Shown: one piece after another, positions 11,383 to 25,879 of the stretch
How the letters are laid out: every line of letters begins with the position of its first letter
How positions within the stretch are numbered: position 1 is the first letter of the stretch
Assembly: GCF_006345805.1 (NCBI RefSeq)
Contig: NC_043002.1
Coordinates: forward strand, 115,878,001 to 115,942,000
DNA: 64,000 nt
Reading direction: 5' to 3'
Origin: Octopus sinensis
Lineage: Eukaryota
Translations under genes and position numbers: made by a program
Notes under the pieces: model-generated
Told to the model about the DNA's origin: nothing
Seen by the model: the letters and a program-made list of their open reading frames with translations, nothing else
The model's database searches: none

Positions 11383-12473
11383 ATCTCTATATATATAAAA
11401 CTGACAATGTGTGTCTGTCTGTGTGTTTCCCTAAAACTTGAGAACTACTCAACCAATTTCATTCAAATTTTACACATGCCTTACTTAGGGTCCATGTAGT
11501 TTCATGGGCAAAAAAAAATGTTCAACTTCTTGCCTAGGGCAAGCCCATAGCAATATCATATCTTCTCCACTATTTCAGTATTACGTGTTAAAAGTGAAAC
11601 TAAAACATTTCTCTATTTTATGTCAGATGTTTGAGATGTTTGCCTTGCCATAACGTTTGTTGTCCTCTTTAACAATTATATATACTAGCAGTATAGCCTG
11701 GTGTTGCCTGGGATTAAGTTAGGATTATTAATCTAATCAAGTACTTTGTTTCAAACCAAACTAAGTAACACTGATGTCAAATTTGAGTGAAATCCGTTGA
11801 AATTGGTAAACGTTTGGCTGAAAATGGGTTGCAGACAATTTGATTGGGAAATCCTATAAGGAATTGGTTTATTGATTGTTTTTTTTTTTTGAGAACTTAG
11901 AGCATTCAAAGATCCCATGAGTGCTAAGTAACGCCGGCATCAAGTTTGAACAAAATATATCAAAATTGGTAAAAGTTATGGTTGAAAATGGGGTGTAGCC
12001 AATTTTAGCGAGAAATCCTATAAGGAATTGGTTTATCGATTTTTCATCCTGATTGAATGGAAAATCCCATAAGGAATCAGTTTATTGATTTTTCACCCCA
12101 AATAGGACTTAACCGAACACAACATTGCTGATTCAAAAAAATCTATATACTTTAAAGTTGGTTTTCACACTCAACCCAGTTCTGCAGAATCAGTGTCGTG
12201 ACAGGAATGCATGCATTGGGAGTTTGACTGGCAGATGTGATCAGGTTTCGAAATCACCACTCCCATCATCTAACCCCACTTGGCCCATGGATTTGGAGCC
12301 CTTCCTGCAAGGAAAATAGCTAAATAACTAAGCTTTAACATAAGCCTAAGCTAACCTAGTGAAAGGGGCCTCAGAAACCTTTGAAAGGCAGTGACTAATC
12401 CCGATCTAGACCTAACCCCTCCTAGGGGTACTAAGATATGCATTGGAGAAGGTTGCATTGAAGGCTTGCACAC

Positions 12474-12532
<59 letters not shown>

Positions 12533-15500
12533 TAATATGTCACATTCTCTACTGTATATATATTTAATAACAAGCCATTTAATTCACACTCTGGAAAACT
12601 TATTTCTGTAAAATGTTGGGAGTGGGTAAAATTTCCGAGGCTTCCACCTCACCTCACCTTGTTTTACGGACCCAAAATGAGTTTTGTAGCATATTAGGAG
12701 GTCACAGGAGTTCATTGAACGAAAAAAAAAATTTCCAATGATTCCGGGATGGTGGGGTTCCCCCTCGCCCTACCCCACTTTTTTCTGAACCAAAATAAGG
12801 GATTTGCAGCATATTAGGAGATCAAGATACTTGATTTCATGCAAAAAAAATCCAATTTTTATTTTTATTCCTTACTGAAAATCGTATGGGTGAAAAGCTT
12901 TATGGGGGTGGGATGGGGGAAATTTTCCAAGGCTTCAACCGCATGCCACCCCATTTTTTGGTCCTCAAAAAAGGGTTTTGTAGTACATTAGGAAGTCACA
13001 GGAATTCATTCAATGAAAAAAAGAAAATTTCCAATGATTCCAAGATATGCAACCCCCGTCCTACCCCCCTCCTTTCCAAACCAAAATAAGGGATTTGCAG
13101 CATATTAGGAGCTCAGGGCACTTGATTCCATGCAAAAAATTCGAGTTTTTTTCTTTTTTCTTAATGAAAATCGTGCAGGTGTTAATCTAAAAATTTACCC
13201 TTTGTTTTTCTTTCTTGCTATTACTAGACAGGTGACTTAACTCATAATAGTAAACTTATGGATATCACCGACGTGAAAATTGGTAAAAGTTATGCTTGAA
13301 AGCGATTTTTACCACTATCTGCAGGTGTTTTGGGGAAAACAAGTTGACAAAAACACAGCCATGATCGTGACCAATGTCGTAAAATTGGAGCGACATGTGT
13401 GCTAATTAGTGGATGTGCATAAATTACATTCACACACACACACACACACATCCTTCCTTTTATAGATAAATAAATAAGTGATTTAAAATAAATATCTTTT
13501 GATTGTTGTGTGAGAAAGTATATATAATCTGATTATAAAATATAGTATCTTTCAAAAACATCCTAAATTTGAAGACTATATCTCATGTTTAAGAAAAAAG
13601 AAAACATTTTACATTTTTGATGAACCTCCCTCACACACATACATCAACACACAACTTCTCTCTCCCTCACACACACGCTTTCACTCCAATATAACTCATT
13701 TTAGCCAAACTTCGAAATTGGTAAAAGATATGGTTGAAAATCGATTTTTACCGCTTATTCGATTTTCTCGGTAACTATGGGGGGCTACGAAACAAATACA
13801 AACAGCAACACAATCTATGGACCTGTCTCCACCTGTGTGCCATTTTTCATGTGAATCCACCGAGCCATTTGGCTGTGAACCTCAAGACAAGAAAGAAAGA
13901 ATACAATGATCGCCCATATTCAATTTATATAATAGACTAGCTGAAGGTAACCCGCTCTACGCGCGGGTAAGAGTGTGGTTGTTACTTTCTGTTGCTTCCT
14001 TTCAGCACGTAAAAAGCACCATCCGAACGTGGCCGATTGCAGCGCCGCCTTGACTTGCTTCTGTGCCGGTGGCACGTAAAAAGCACCAACTGATCGTTGT
14101 CGCTGCGAGCCCCCCTGGCACCTGTGCCGGCGGCACGAAAAAAGCACCCACTACACTCACAGAGTCGTTGGCGTTAGGAAGGTCATCCACATGTAGAAAC
14201 ACTGCCAGATCAGACTGGAGCCTGGTGCAGCGTCCTGGCTTCCCAGACCCCGGTCAAACTGTCCAACCTGTGCTAGCACGGAAAACGGACGTTAAACGAT
14301 GATGATGATGATGATTCTCCCTCTTTGTTTCTCTCTCACTTTCCCACTCTCTTACTTTTCTTTTCTCTCGGACTCTCCCTCGCTTTCTCTTACTCTCTAT
14401 CTTTATCTATCTCTCTCCCATTTATAAACAACAAAAGATCTTGAGTAAGTTGAGAAATAAAATATTTAGAAAGATCAATCATAAATATCAGGCAGTGGCA
14501 ACGGAAAGGTCTGCTTCAAGGCAGACAGCAAAGCACTAACATTTAAAAGGGACAGACGAACTTGCGAGCTGAATAAAAATAATAAAATATTGGAAACCAA
14601 AGTTTGAAGGGATAGAATCTGAGGATAGTAGAGTAACCATGGCTGGCATTTCTTAACGACGGACAGCAACGTATTGACAGTTTAACGGCTGGCGTAAAAT
14701 TTTGAACTTGATGTTAAAGAAAATCCCTAAACACCAAGTTTTGAAGTGATTCTTTCTCACGACAGTAGACTCACCATGGCAAGCATTCAAAACTTCTTCA
14801 TCATGGACGGCAATACATTGACGATTGAAAGGCTGGCGCAAATTTTTTAGCTTGATGTAACAGAGAATTCCTAAACACCTGCTCTTTTAAATTTTAATCC
14901 CCTTCCAGCCCCATTTAGACCCCTTTTCACATTTTGGTTAATATAACTCGATTTCATTCGGGTGTACTGGGGCCACATTTTATAAGATGAGGAATTTTGT
15001 CCTAGAGGTCACGCCTTTCATTTGAGGAAAAAAAATATTTGTCATGCAAACTTGCCAGCACTTTTAACGTAGGTGTGCATATTTTCAGCTCAACTGACTG
15101 ACCACATAATGCACACATTATTTATATGTGTGTGTGCACGCATTATATATACAAATGTATAGAAATTATATATATATATATGTATAACCACTAATAGGCA
15201 AATCAAACAGTGAAAAACCCAAAACAAAAACATAAAAATAAAAATATAATATAGAAAATATATGAAATATAAAATTGAAAAATTTAAATTATTAAAATTT
15301 AAAATAAAAATTATTAAATTATATTTATAATTTGTTTAAAAATATATATAACTATGAAAAAGTATTAAAAAGTTTAATATACATAAATACAGATATATAC
15401 ACTTTGTACATATACATTATATATACATATTTATATATGGAACACACACACACACACACACACACATATAAATGAACGCAATAAATATCTGATTCATAAT

Positions 15501-16037
15501 ATTTGTTCTCATGATTGTGTGTTGGTGGTGGCAGAGAGACAGCGGAGGTGCCAAACGTCGTTATATATAGGAAAAAGAGTGAGTGAGTGAGGAAGACATA
15601 TACATAAGTGGTGGCAATGATAATTCTCTCTATGAATGCAGACAGACGTAGCGAGAGAGAGAGAGAGAGAGAGTGTGTGAAAGCGCTGTGAGGAAATAGA
15701 GTGAGTGAAAAAGTGATGGGAAGGGAGGAAAGAATGCCGTTTGACGAAGTTATAAATAGAAAGTGAAGGGGAGTTAGAGGGGAAGGGAGGAAATAATGTG
15801 AGTGAGTGAGGAAGACAGATACATTAAAGAATGGGAGTGGACTTGTCAAAGTGGGTTTTTAGCCCTAGCAACTACACCTTTTAAGATAGGGATTTCTAAC
15901 GTAGCCCACGGGCATCGTCACCTCATTTTACATGTCCCTGTAAATTTTGGAGTCAATCCAACGGGATGTAGTGGCCTTGAAAGCGATCCAAGCGGTCGAG
16001 TCAAACAAACTTTTTTTCAGTTTTATAAATAGAGATT
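11383..16037. mobile_element. Stack of non-autonomous Helitron-like elements with diverged internal tandem subrepeats
   Basis: 5' ends atctctatatatataaaactg (11383,+) and atctctatttataaaactg (~16037,-). Hairpin+CTAG 3' ends at ~11695(-) and ~13931(-). ~290-bp dimer at 12628-13180, ~165-bp units at 11800-12095, ~150-bp units at 14660-14880. Confidence 0.55.
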
Positions 16038-16580
16038 ATTATTATTATATTATATTATATATTTATGTCGTATTGACCAGATTATTGGATGGTGTTATAC
16101 ACTGCTGGTCGTGAGCAGGCAAACATCTCTAAATGGAATGCTAATCTGTTGAAGGGTTAGCCATTTTCTGCTGAGTGGACTGGACTGACTTGAAATGAAG
16201 TGTTTTGCTCAAGAACAGAATACATTACTGCTCTGAGAATTGAGACCATGATCTTGTGATCCCAAGTTCAACACTCTGACCACTAGGCCATATGCCCCAC
16301 CTCTCTCTCCCTTTCTCTCACGCGCACGCAATGGGTGAAAATGCAAAATTATGTAAAAATAATTGTAATATGTTTTGAAAAATTAAAATTCAAAAATGTG
16401 GTATTTCATTTCGATATAATGAATCTCTTTACATTACATTCTATAACCTGTGAAATATTTAAGAATATTTAATGTCTAGAACCAAAGTTGAACTGACCGG
16501 TCCTTATAAACTGACACCCTCATTGTTTTCCCAACCACAACAATATCTATTAGTGACAGAGGTAGCATTAATACCGAGAG

Positions 16581-16789
16581 GTAATATTTATCCCTACTTG
16601 AACATGCATGTTTTATTAGGACAAACTATGTTGTGGTAGGTACTTTGAAGAGAACTCCCATATTGGCCTTTTGGTGCAAAATCCATTCTTGAATAAACAG
16701 GGTGTATTTTGCACCAAAAAGCCAATTTGAGAGTTTCTCCACAATATAGTTTGATCTAATAGAACATTTAAGTGGGGATAAATATTATC
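16581..16789. mobile_element. Diverged fold-back/MITE
   Basis: taatatttatccc..caaactatgttgtgg..ttggccttttggtgcaaaat is mirrored by attttgcaccaaaaagccaa..ccacaatatagtttg..gggataaatatta. Confidence 0.6.
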
Positions 16790-18691
16790 AACCACAATAC
16801 TTTTGCTTATCGCTCTATCTGAATTTCATCACTATATCTTCTTGTCAATCTCCCTGGGCCCTGTCACTTAAGTTCTTGATTTAACACTCCTTACTTTATT
16901 GTTTCACCCATTTGTTGCCATATTTAAGTTACAATCCCTGCCTTTTCTTCAATTAATTTTTGAAAGCAATGCAGAATTTAATAAAATAATTTTATCAATT
17001 ATTAAAATGGTGTCTGGAACAAAGTATGAAATTTTTATGGAAAGTTTCTAATTTATGCCACTTTAACCCTTTATATCCAACCCAAATATTGTACCAGTTT
17101 TATGTTCAAACTCTTACACTATCATTCTAAAATTTAACAGTTACCTCATCAAAATCTTAAAGCTACAAAGATAATGCATGATTAATTAAAGATGTGAATA
17201 AATAAGAAACAAGATGTTTGTAGCACAGAACTAGGGGCAGTCTGAGATTTGTTGGCACCAAAAGGGTCAAACCACCTTAAATTTTCATTTAAATTCCTTA
17301 CTGAACACATCATCATCATCATTTAACATCCTGACTGAAAACTGTTAAGCTAGGGAGCTCACCAGGTTCTGGTCTGATTCGGCATAGTTTCTATGGCCGG
17401 ATGCCCTTCCTAATGCCAATCACTCCAAGAGTGTTATGGGTGCTTTTTGCATGCTACCATTATTGGTACCATTGACATGACACTGGCATCGGCCATGCCT
17501 ACAATCTCACTTTGCTTGACAGAACTTCACAATCACGGTATATCAACAAAGGTCTTGGTCCCCTGTCACTGCCTCTGTAAGATCTAATGCTTGAACAGTG
17601 CTTTTTATGTGCCATCAGCACAGATGCCAGTCTGATGGCACTGATATTAGCTATGACTACAACTTCACTTGGCTTGACAGGTCTTCTTAAGTACAACATA
17701 TTGCCCAACGTTTGAAGGGTGCTTTTTACATGCCAGTTGCATGACACCATCATTGACCATGACTGTGATCTCACTTGGCTTGGTGGGTCTTCTCAAGCAC
17801 GGCATATCGCCAAAAGTCTCAGTCACTTGTCATTGCCTCTGTGAGGCCCAACATTCAAAGGTCATGCTTCACCACCTCGTCCCATGTTTACCTCTTCTAC
17901 AGGTTCTATCCACCGTGGCAATGCAGCACTTCTTCACGCAACTGTCTTTGTCCATATGCATCACATGACCATACCAGTGCAGTTGTCTATCTTGCACATC
18001 ACATCTGATGCCTCTTGTGCCCAACTTTTCTCTCAGGGTGCTTATATTCTCTCATGCATGTACACTGACATTACACATCTAGCGAAGCATACTAGCCTCA
18101 TTTCTTATGAGCCTTCTGCAACAATTTCTTTTCTCCATATATTTTCATTACTGTACCTACTTTTCTCATTTTCCATTGAAGTATTCTTAGAGTGTAAACT
18201 GGTTGGAGTGTAAGGTAAAAATGATTTAATATATCTAAATGAAATACTACATTTTTTTTGTCCTCTATTTTTTTTAAAGAGTAAGTCAATTGTTTTAATG
18301 TTATTGTGCATATTTGTTCATTTTTGTTTTGTCTATATAATGCAACTTGTAACCGTTACATATAAAATACCTTGTCTTGTGAGTTACTTGGTGATGCGGC
18401 CAGTGCTGGTGCCATGTTAAAAGCATTCTGTTCACATTGTAAAGTGGTTGGCATTTGGAAGGGCATCCAGCTGTAAAAATCATGCCAAAACTAACCTTGC
18501 CTTTGTTAGTGCCTTGTAAAAAGCACTGAGTCCACTCTGCAGAGTGGTTGGTGTTAGGAAGGGCATCCAGTCTTAAAAACGCTGAAAACTGACACAATAG
18601 TCCGGGGTAGTCATCTACCCTGTCGGCTCTTGTCAACTGTCCTACCCATGCCAACATGGAAGACAGTCGTTAAATGATGATGATATATATA

Positions 18692-19031
18692 CTAGCAGTA
18701 TCAGCCGGTGTTGCTTGGGTTTGTTTCGACCCTTTAGAATTGGAATTTTTGAAAAGTAAAAATTTTGCATTATGCAACTTGTTATTCTCTTCAGTCAAAA
18801 ATCGTAAAAAATAGAGATTTTCATAGAAAAAAGCACCTTTTTGATGTAAATAATTGTTGGTGTTAACATAGTCCGATTTGAATTTTATCTTCTGCAGAAT
18901 GAAGAGCAAGCCTTCTTCTATCATACTCTCAATTTTGGTCAACTTGCGCCGTAGGGTCTCGAAGGAGATAGTGTTAGTTGAAGGCTACCAAACCTGCCAC
19001 ACACAGACAACTTCAGCTTTATATATATAGA
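18692..19031 (-). mobile_element. Complete ~340-bp non-autonomous Helitron
   Basis: Minus strand begins A|TCTATATATATAAAAGCTG and ends with cccaagcaacaccggc..CTAG|T, i.e. insertion into AT. Confidence 0.75.
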
Positions 19032-21339
19032 TTTGCTACACACTACTTTCCATCCTTAATAATGAAACTTGGTAGACACACACACAAATACACACACAGA
19101 CACACAAGTTGAGTCTTATATATATTTAGATTTCTCAATGGGGATTTCAGGGGAGAGTTTCAGGGAGTCGCTGGTGATGTATCGTGAGGATCAAAAATCC
19201 GGCCTGCTAAAATTTGGTTAAAGTGATTCAAACTGCAGACTCAATGCAAAATGGTCACATTTAATCCAAAGTGTTAAAAATGTTATGAAAACAATTGGTA
19301 TGTGTTCACAAAGTCCAAACAATTAATACGAAAAAACCTGCCAGGCTACATCCCGAAAATTCATTTCTTTGCCGAATTTCTACAATGTTTACGGCGATTC
19401 GTTTTTATATCTTGATTTTTTATTTTTCATGCAATTTACACATGCTTGCACGCGTGGTGAACACAGTTCACGTCAAACAGCTGACTGAGTAAAGTTCACT
19501 ATTCAATGCATGGGATAAGGCCTAAACAAACACATTATCAATTTTTGCACTTGCGAGATGAATTTGGGAACAGAAATAGCGCAGTTCAATTTTCATTCGC
19601 CTAAACTTTAAGTGACCCATTTTTGGTGGTTCTACGATTTGTTGGCTAGGAGGAGATGTGCCGGGAAGTTAAACACACATACACACACACAGATACACAC
19701 ACAGATACACACACAGACACACAAGTTGAGTTTTATATATAGATATATATTAGCCTGCTTGCTTAGCCAGCGAGGTGGCATCATTTGAAGGCTAAAACAA
19801 TGCAAAGTGCATTGTGACCAGTGATGTGTAGCAACATCTGATAGCCTGGTCGGTAACGGAGATCATGGTGATATATATATATATGTTTGGTGTTAGGGTT
19901 AGGGTATCCAGACTATAGAAATCATGCCAAAGTAGATAGCAGAGATTGGTGCAGTTTTCTAACTTGCCAGTTCTTGTAGAACTGTCTAACCCATTCCAGC
20001 ATGAAAAATGGACGTTAAATGATGATACACAAATACATACACACATACCCAAAACACGCTCTCACACACATTGATACACATACTCCTACACATACATGCA
20101 CTCATTTGCATACAAACCTATGTACACGCCCAGCCCCACCAATGCACTCACAGACTTGTCACCTCTCCTCTCACACCCATTTACACATATTCATACACAT
20201 GTCCTCACTTGCACTCCTATGCACATACACACACGCACTGTCACGTTCTCATACACACACAGCAGCGCCCATGCACTCACACACTTGTCATCTCGCCTCA
20301 CCACTAAACAGAATGGTGGCTGCTAACAAGTTTCTTGACACCACTCCTTTATGCCTATCTCACTCGCATAAACACAAACACGTCACACAGATACTACCAC
20401 AGGCATGCATTCACACTGGCCATCTTCACAATATCCTGTTTTAAAAACCATTTTCTCTATCTCTCTCCACTTTTGGCTACTTCAGGCATGTAGCCACAGA
20501 CATGGGCTCACATGACGCACATGTAAATGGAATCCTTTGGCACTTAAGTTTCTTTTTTCATAATCCCATGTTTTAGACTGGAAATTCCGATTCTGAGAAA
20601 AAGTTTAAAAAATCACAACTTCAAAATTTCAATGACCTCTTTTCTTCATTTTTTTAAACTTTTTCCTGAAAAAAAAAATTACCCCAATCCCCTCCACTTC
20701 TGATTCTACAGCCTTGGCCTTCAAGAAGGCTATTCACATGCTAGAAATAACAGCTAAATCTCACAAAGCTGCAATGACAGCTCACTCTCTCTTGTATCTC
20801 TATCTCGCCCTCTCTCTCTCCCTCTCTCTACCTCTCATCCCCCTCTCTGTCCCTCTTGTGTCTCTCTTGTATCTCTATCCCGCCCCCTCTCTCTCTGCCT
20901 CTCTTCTCTCCGCTCCTTCTCAGGTCAACCCCCTTGTCTCTCTTTTCCTCTCTCTGTCCCCTTCTTTCTCTACACCACCCTCTCTGTCCCTCTACTTCAC
21001 TCTTTTGTACCTCTATCCCGCCCTCTCTCTTCCTCTCCCCTTTTTCTCTCTGCCTTTCTTCTCCCTGCTCCCTCTTAGGTCCATCCCCTTGTCTCTCTTT
21101 TCCTCTCTGTCCTGTTACTTCTTTTTCTCTACCACACCTCTATCTCGCTCTCTTCCCCCTGCTGATCTGCCATTCTTTCTTTCTCCTCTCAGGTCAATCT
21201 CCTTGTCTCTCTCTCTATCTCAACCCCACCCCCGGCTGATCTGCCACCAGCTTTTTTCTTCTCTCCTCTCCTCTCCCTCTCAGGTCAACCACCTTATCTT
21301 TCCTCCTCTCTCTGTTCCTCTATTTCACACTCACTGTAT

Positions 21340-24300
21340 CTCAAGCGAAGATGTCAAGGAACTGGTCTGCAAAGGAGTTGCAATTGTTTGTCCGCACCCA
21401 GAAGATTGCCGAAGGTGACTCCCCAAACAATATCATTGCAGCGGCACTTAAAAGCAATGATTTCTCCAGGACCACCACCCAGATAGAGCGTAAGAAACAT
21501 GAATTCCTCTGTTCGTATGCTCTAATCAGGCAACACATGGACACACTGGACATCATCCTGGGAGGTGTCTGCACCCAGGATGACAAAAAGGATGGAGAAA
21601 GCATTCAGGACCCAACAAAAGACACCACTGAGAGACCTGCAACCAAGGAAAACAATGGCACATGTCCAGCTCCCAACACAACTGAAGACCAAAGAGGTGT
21701 GATGGCTGCAAAAAAAAGGAAAGCACCCTAGAATCGACAGAAAACAAGAGGTAAAAGAAAAAAAACTAAAACAACAAACACTGTTCAGAAAAAACAGAAG
21801 AGCCCCAGCAAGAGCTACAAGGGCAAAAGAAGGAGCATCTGCAAATTCTACCTGAAGGGAGACAGCTGGCATGGCGACGATGGTGCAAACTGTCGTTTTG
21901 CACATCAGAAGCCCTGCCAAAACCGCATGGACCCAAGACAAAAATCCCTCCCCCGGGGAGAACAAAAAGAAAAAGAAAAATATAAAAGAAGGAAAAAAAG
22001 CGCACTGACCACTCCTGAAAGACAATATGCGGATGTAGTGCGCGGTAACCCAACAAATGGCCAGCTTCACCCAGGTGTGAGAAGGGCAGCAGCTGAACAG
22101 CAATCTTTTTTGTGCATGGCACAAAAAAATTGTCCAGCAACTGACCTGGCTGCAGACACAAAGCTGCAACTACCACCACATAAGGCCACCACCAACAGAT
22201 GCAGGATGGCCACCACAGACACCAACACCAACACACACACCACAAAAATATTTCTACTGAACGTAGGAGGGCTGCTGCGTGGCAACTGTAAAAGGAAAAT
22301 CTCATTCCTGAGAGACCTTGTGACATGCAATCAAGCTATATGCATGGCACTCACAGAAACGCATCTTGGACCTGATATAGGGGATGCAGAAATACACATA
22401 CCACAATATGTTGTCATATGCTCAGATGGAAAAGGGAGGAGTCATGGTGGAGTTGCAATGTACATCCGAGATGACCTCACGCCCCAGGTCCTGCTGTCAT
22501 ATTCAAACTCAGTGTGTGAAACTCAAATTGTACACAGATGCCCCAAATCACACAGACATGTTTGAAGACTGCCTAACAAAAATAGAAGTTCTCACCAACC
22601 TGGAACAACACAACAGTGTATTCTTCATGGGTGACTTTAACTTCCCCAGTGTGGAATGGCCTGGTGGGCAGATGCTCCCAGGGATGACACACCATCACCA
22701 GGCACAGGCAGAGTTCCTGCTCCATCTCACAAATGCCTCTTTCATGGAGCAAATAGTGCTGCAACCAACAAGGGCAAATAATATACTGGATCTCTGCTTC
22801 ACAAACAATATGGATATTATCCATAATGTTAATGTGATGCCGACAATGATCTCGGATCACAACATAATAGAGCTATCTATCTAAGGACCAAAGCCCCCGC
22901 AGACACACAGCCTATACGAAGTATCTTCAATCTCTCCAAACTAAACTTTCATAAAGCAAATTGGAAGTTGATTGAGAAAGAGATCCTCAAACAGGATTGG
23001 CCTAAATGTCTCTCCACACCAGACATTGACATGAAACACAAATGCTTCATGTCCATAATACAAGCCATATGTGACAAATATGTCCCAGTGTGCAGGGCCA
23101 GCACACACAAAAACAAAAACAGGATCCCTAGAGAAAGGAAGATTCTTATGAGACGATGGACAAGGATTGCGAACCGCCTGAGCAAGCACACCAAAAGTGG
23201 TGAGAAGTCTCGGCTCGAGAGAATGCTAATGGAAATTGAGAAAAGCTGCACCAGTCTCATGAAAAGGAGAGAGCAGATAAAGAAGCTTGGGTAATAGAAA
23301 ATATAAAGTCAAACCCTAAAGCTTTCTTTAAGTTTGCCAAAGAGACAGCCACAGTGCACCAGAGAATAGGACCTCTCTTCCAAAAAGATGGCTCTCTCAC
23401 AGGAAATCCCACGAGGATAAGTGAAATACTGAACAAACAGTTCCAAAGTGTGTTCACTACACCTCTAGGACACAGGCAAGTAAACAAACCAAAAGAATTC
23501 TTTGCCACTTTACCTGTGGCCAAAGAGGCAAAAATTGAGTACATCTACATGGAAGATGACGATATCACACTGGCAATAGATGAGATTGACACAAACTCAG
23601 CTGCTGGACCTGATGGATTTCCAGCGATCCTTCTCAAATTGTGCAAACAAGCCCTTGCAAAACCGCTACAGCTTCTTTTTCAGAGCTTTCTTGCAAGTGG
23701 TAAGCTCCCAGTCAAATTGAAAGAGGGGGTAATATGCCCTATCCATAAGGGAGGAAGCAGAGCAGATGCTAAAAATTATACGCCTATCTCTCTGACCTCA
23801 CACATCAGCAAAGTCATGGAACGAATAGTCTGCAAGAAACTAATCATGTTCCTTGAAGAAAATGACTTGCTGTCTGACACCCAGCATGGATTTCGACCAG
23901 GTAGAAGCTGCCTAACACAGCTCCTGCAACACTATGACTGGGTGTTAAAAGATCTACTAAATGGCCCAAATGTAGATGTGACATATCTCGACTTTGCAAA
24001 AGTCTTTGATAAAGTCGACCATGGTATGATCTGTGACAAACTGCATGGTCTCGGCATAGGCGGAAAACTTGGAGAGTGGCTGCACAACTTCCTAAAAGAT
24101 AGAAGGCAGGCAGTTGTGGCCAATGGAGCCACCTCCAAGGAAACAAATAACAAGTGGTGTTCCACAGGGTACTGTCTTGGGGCCACTGCTGTTCATAGTG
24201 GCCCTTTCAGACATGTCCTCAGTTGCTAAGATGGCCACCCTTGCTAGCTATGCAGATGACACAAAAGTCTTCCACCCAATATAAAACCCTGGAAATATTA

Positions 24301-25020
24301 CACATCTGCAATGGGAGTTGGATACAATATACTGGTGGGCTGAGGACAACAACATGCAGTTTAATGCAGGGAAGTTCCAGGCCCTGCGCTACCGGCACAC
24401 AAAGGTAAACGACATGCAGACCGGATACACTGGCCCGGGAAGAATTGTAATTCCTGAGTCAAAATCAGTGTGTGACCTGGACATTGACATGAGCAATGAC
24501 GCATCTTTCCAAGTGCATATTACTAATTTGCTAATAAAATGCAGACAGCTAGCTGGATGGATTTCAGAACAAGAGAGGAGACACTTATGGTCCTTTGGAA
24601 GACATTCATCCTCAGCCACTTGGACTACTGTTCCCAACTATGGTCACCACACAATAGAAAGTTAACAGCAGAACTCGAAGCAATTCAACGAAGCTACACT
24701 AAGAAGAGCGTCTCAATGCAACATGTCAGCTACTGGGAAAGACTGAAAGTATTAAAACTGCATGGTGCCAAAGATCCCAACATCACCATTAAAATACAGG
24801 ACCAGATACTGCAACAGCTTGGGTTTCAGAGGACCACAGCTCTTTAACATCCTTCCTAAATGCCTGAGAGACTAGCATGGTGTGGATGTGTGTCTCTTTA
24901 AAACTAAACTGGATCTCTTCTTGTCGGGGGTCCCAGATGAACCTACCTCTCGGCAGGAAACACAGATGCAGGCAGCGGCATCGAACTCCCTTGTTGATCA
25001 AGTGCCATGTATCAGAGGTG
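21340..25020 (+). mobile_element. Near full-length, frameshifted CR1/L2-group (Jockey-superclade) LINE: N-terminal region, CCCH-like finger, AP endonuclease, RT
   Basis: Endonuclease: LNVGGL..LTETHL..GGVAMYIR..MGDFNFP..SDHNII. RT: PIHKGG..NYTPISLTS..QHGFRPGRSCLTQLL..YLDFAKVFDKVDH; YADDT at ~24247. C-terminus: SHLDYCSQLWSP. Spread over several frames. Confidence 0.9.
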
Positions 25021-25879
25021 GTTTCACATACTAGTGTAGCTCATTCAACGGTGGTGCCCCAGCATGGCCACAGTGTTCAGGCTGAAACATTTTTAAGGAT
25101 TTAAAGATTTTTATATATATATATATACACTTTTACTCTTTTACTTGTTTCAGTCATGTGACTGTGGCCATGCTGGAGTATCGCCTTTAGTCGAGCACAT
25201 TGACCCCGGGTCTTATTCTTTGTAAGCATAGTACTTATTTTATCAGTCTCTTTTGTCGAACTGCTAAGTTACAGGGACGAAAACACACCAGCATCGGTTG
25301 TCAAGCGACTTTAGAGGGACAGACACACAAACACACACACACGTACATATATATATATACACATATATGCAACGAGCTTCTTTCAGTTTCTGTCTATCAA
25401 ATCCACTCACAAGGCTTTGGTCAACCCGAGGCTATAATAGAAGATGCCATGCAGTGGGACTGAACCTGGAACCATGCGGTTGGTTAGCAAGCTACTTACC
25501 ACACAGCCATTCCTAGATTCATTTCTGGAAGCCGGGAATCTTTTTGTGTTGAGGGAGCTGATTTCAACACGTTTTTTTCTTCTTTCTCTCTTCCTTCCTT
25601 TCCTTCTCTTTTCCATTGACACTCCTTTCAGATACAGGGGCACACATTCACACACACATGCACGTGCACTCTCTCTCACTTTCTCCCCCATACCTCACCC
25701 TCTTGTGCTGTCTTCTATCTCTCTCCACCCCTACACACTCAATAGTACTGTGAAAAGAGGCAAAGTTCCTAAAAGGGCTCAGTCTGATGACTCCACTAGA
25801 GTGGATGCTGGCGCTGGTGTATGATTTATAAAACATGTGACATATTAATAAATATCCTTGCTTTTAATGTTTCTGAAAA

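Noticed and set aside
20714-21418. 234-aa and 127-aa S/L/P-rich ORFs
   Set aside because: CT-rich low-complexity sequence at the LINE 5' end; the same applies to 55430-56046.
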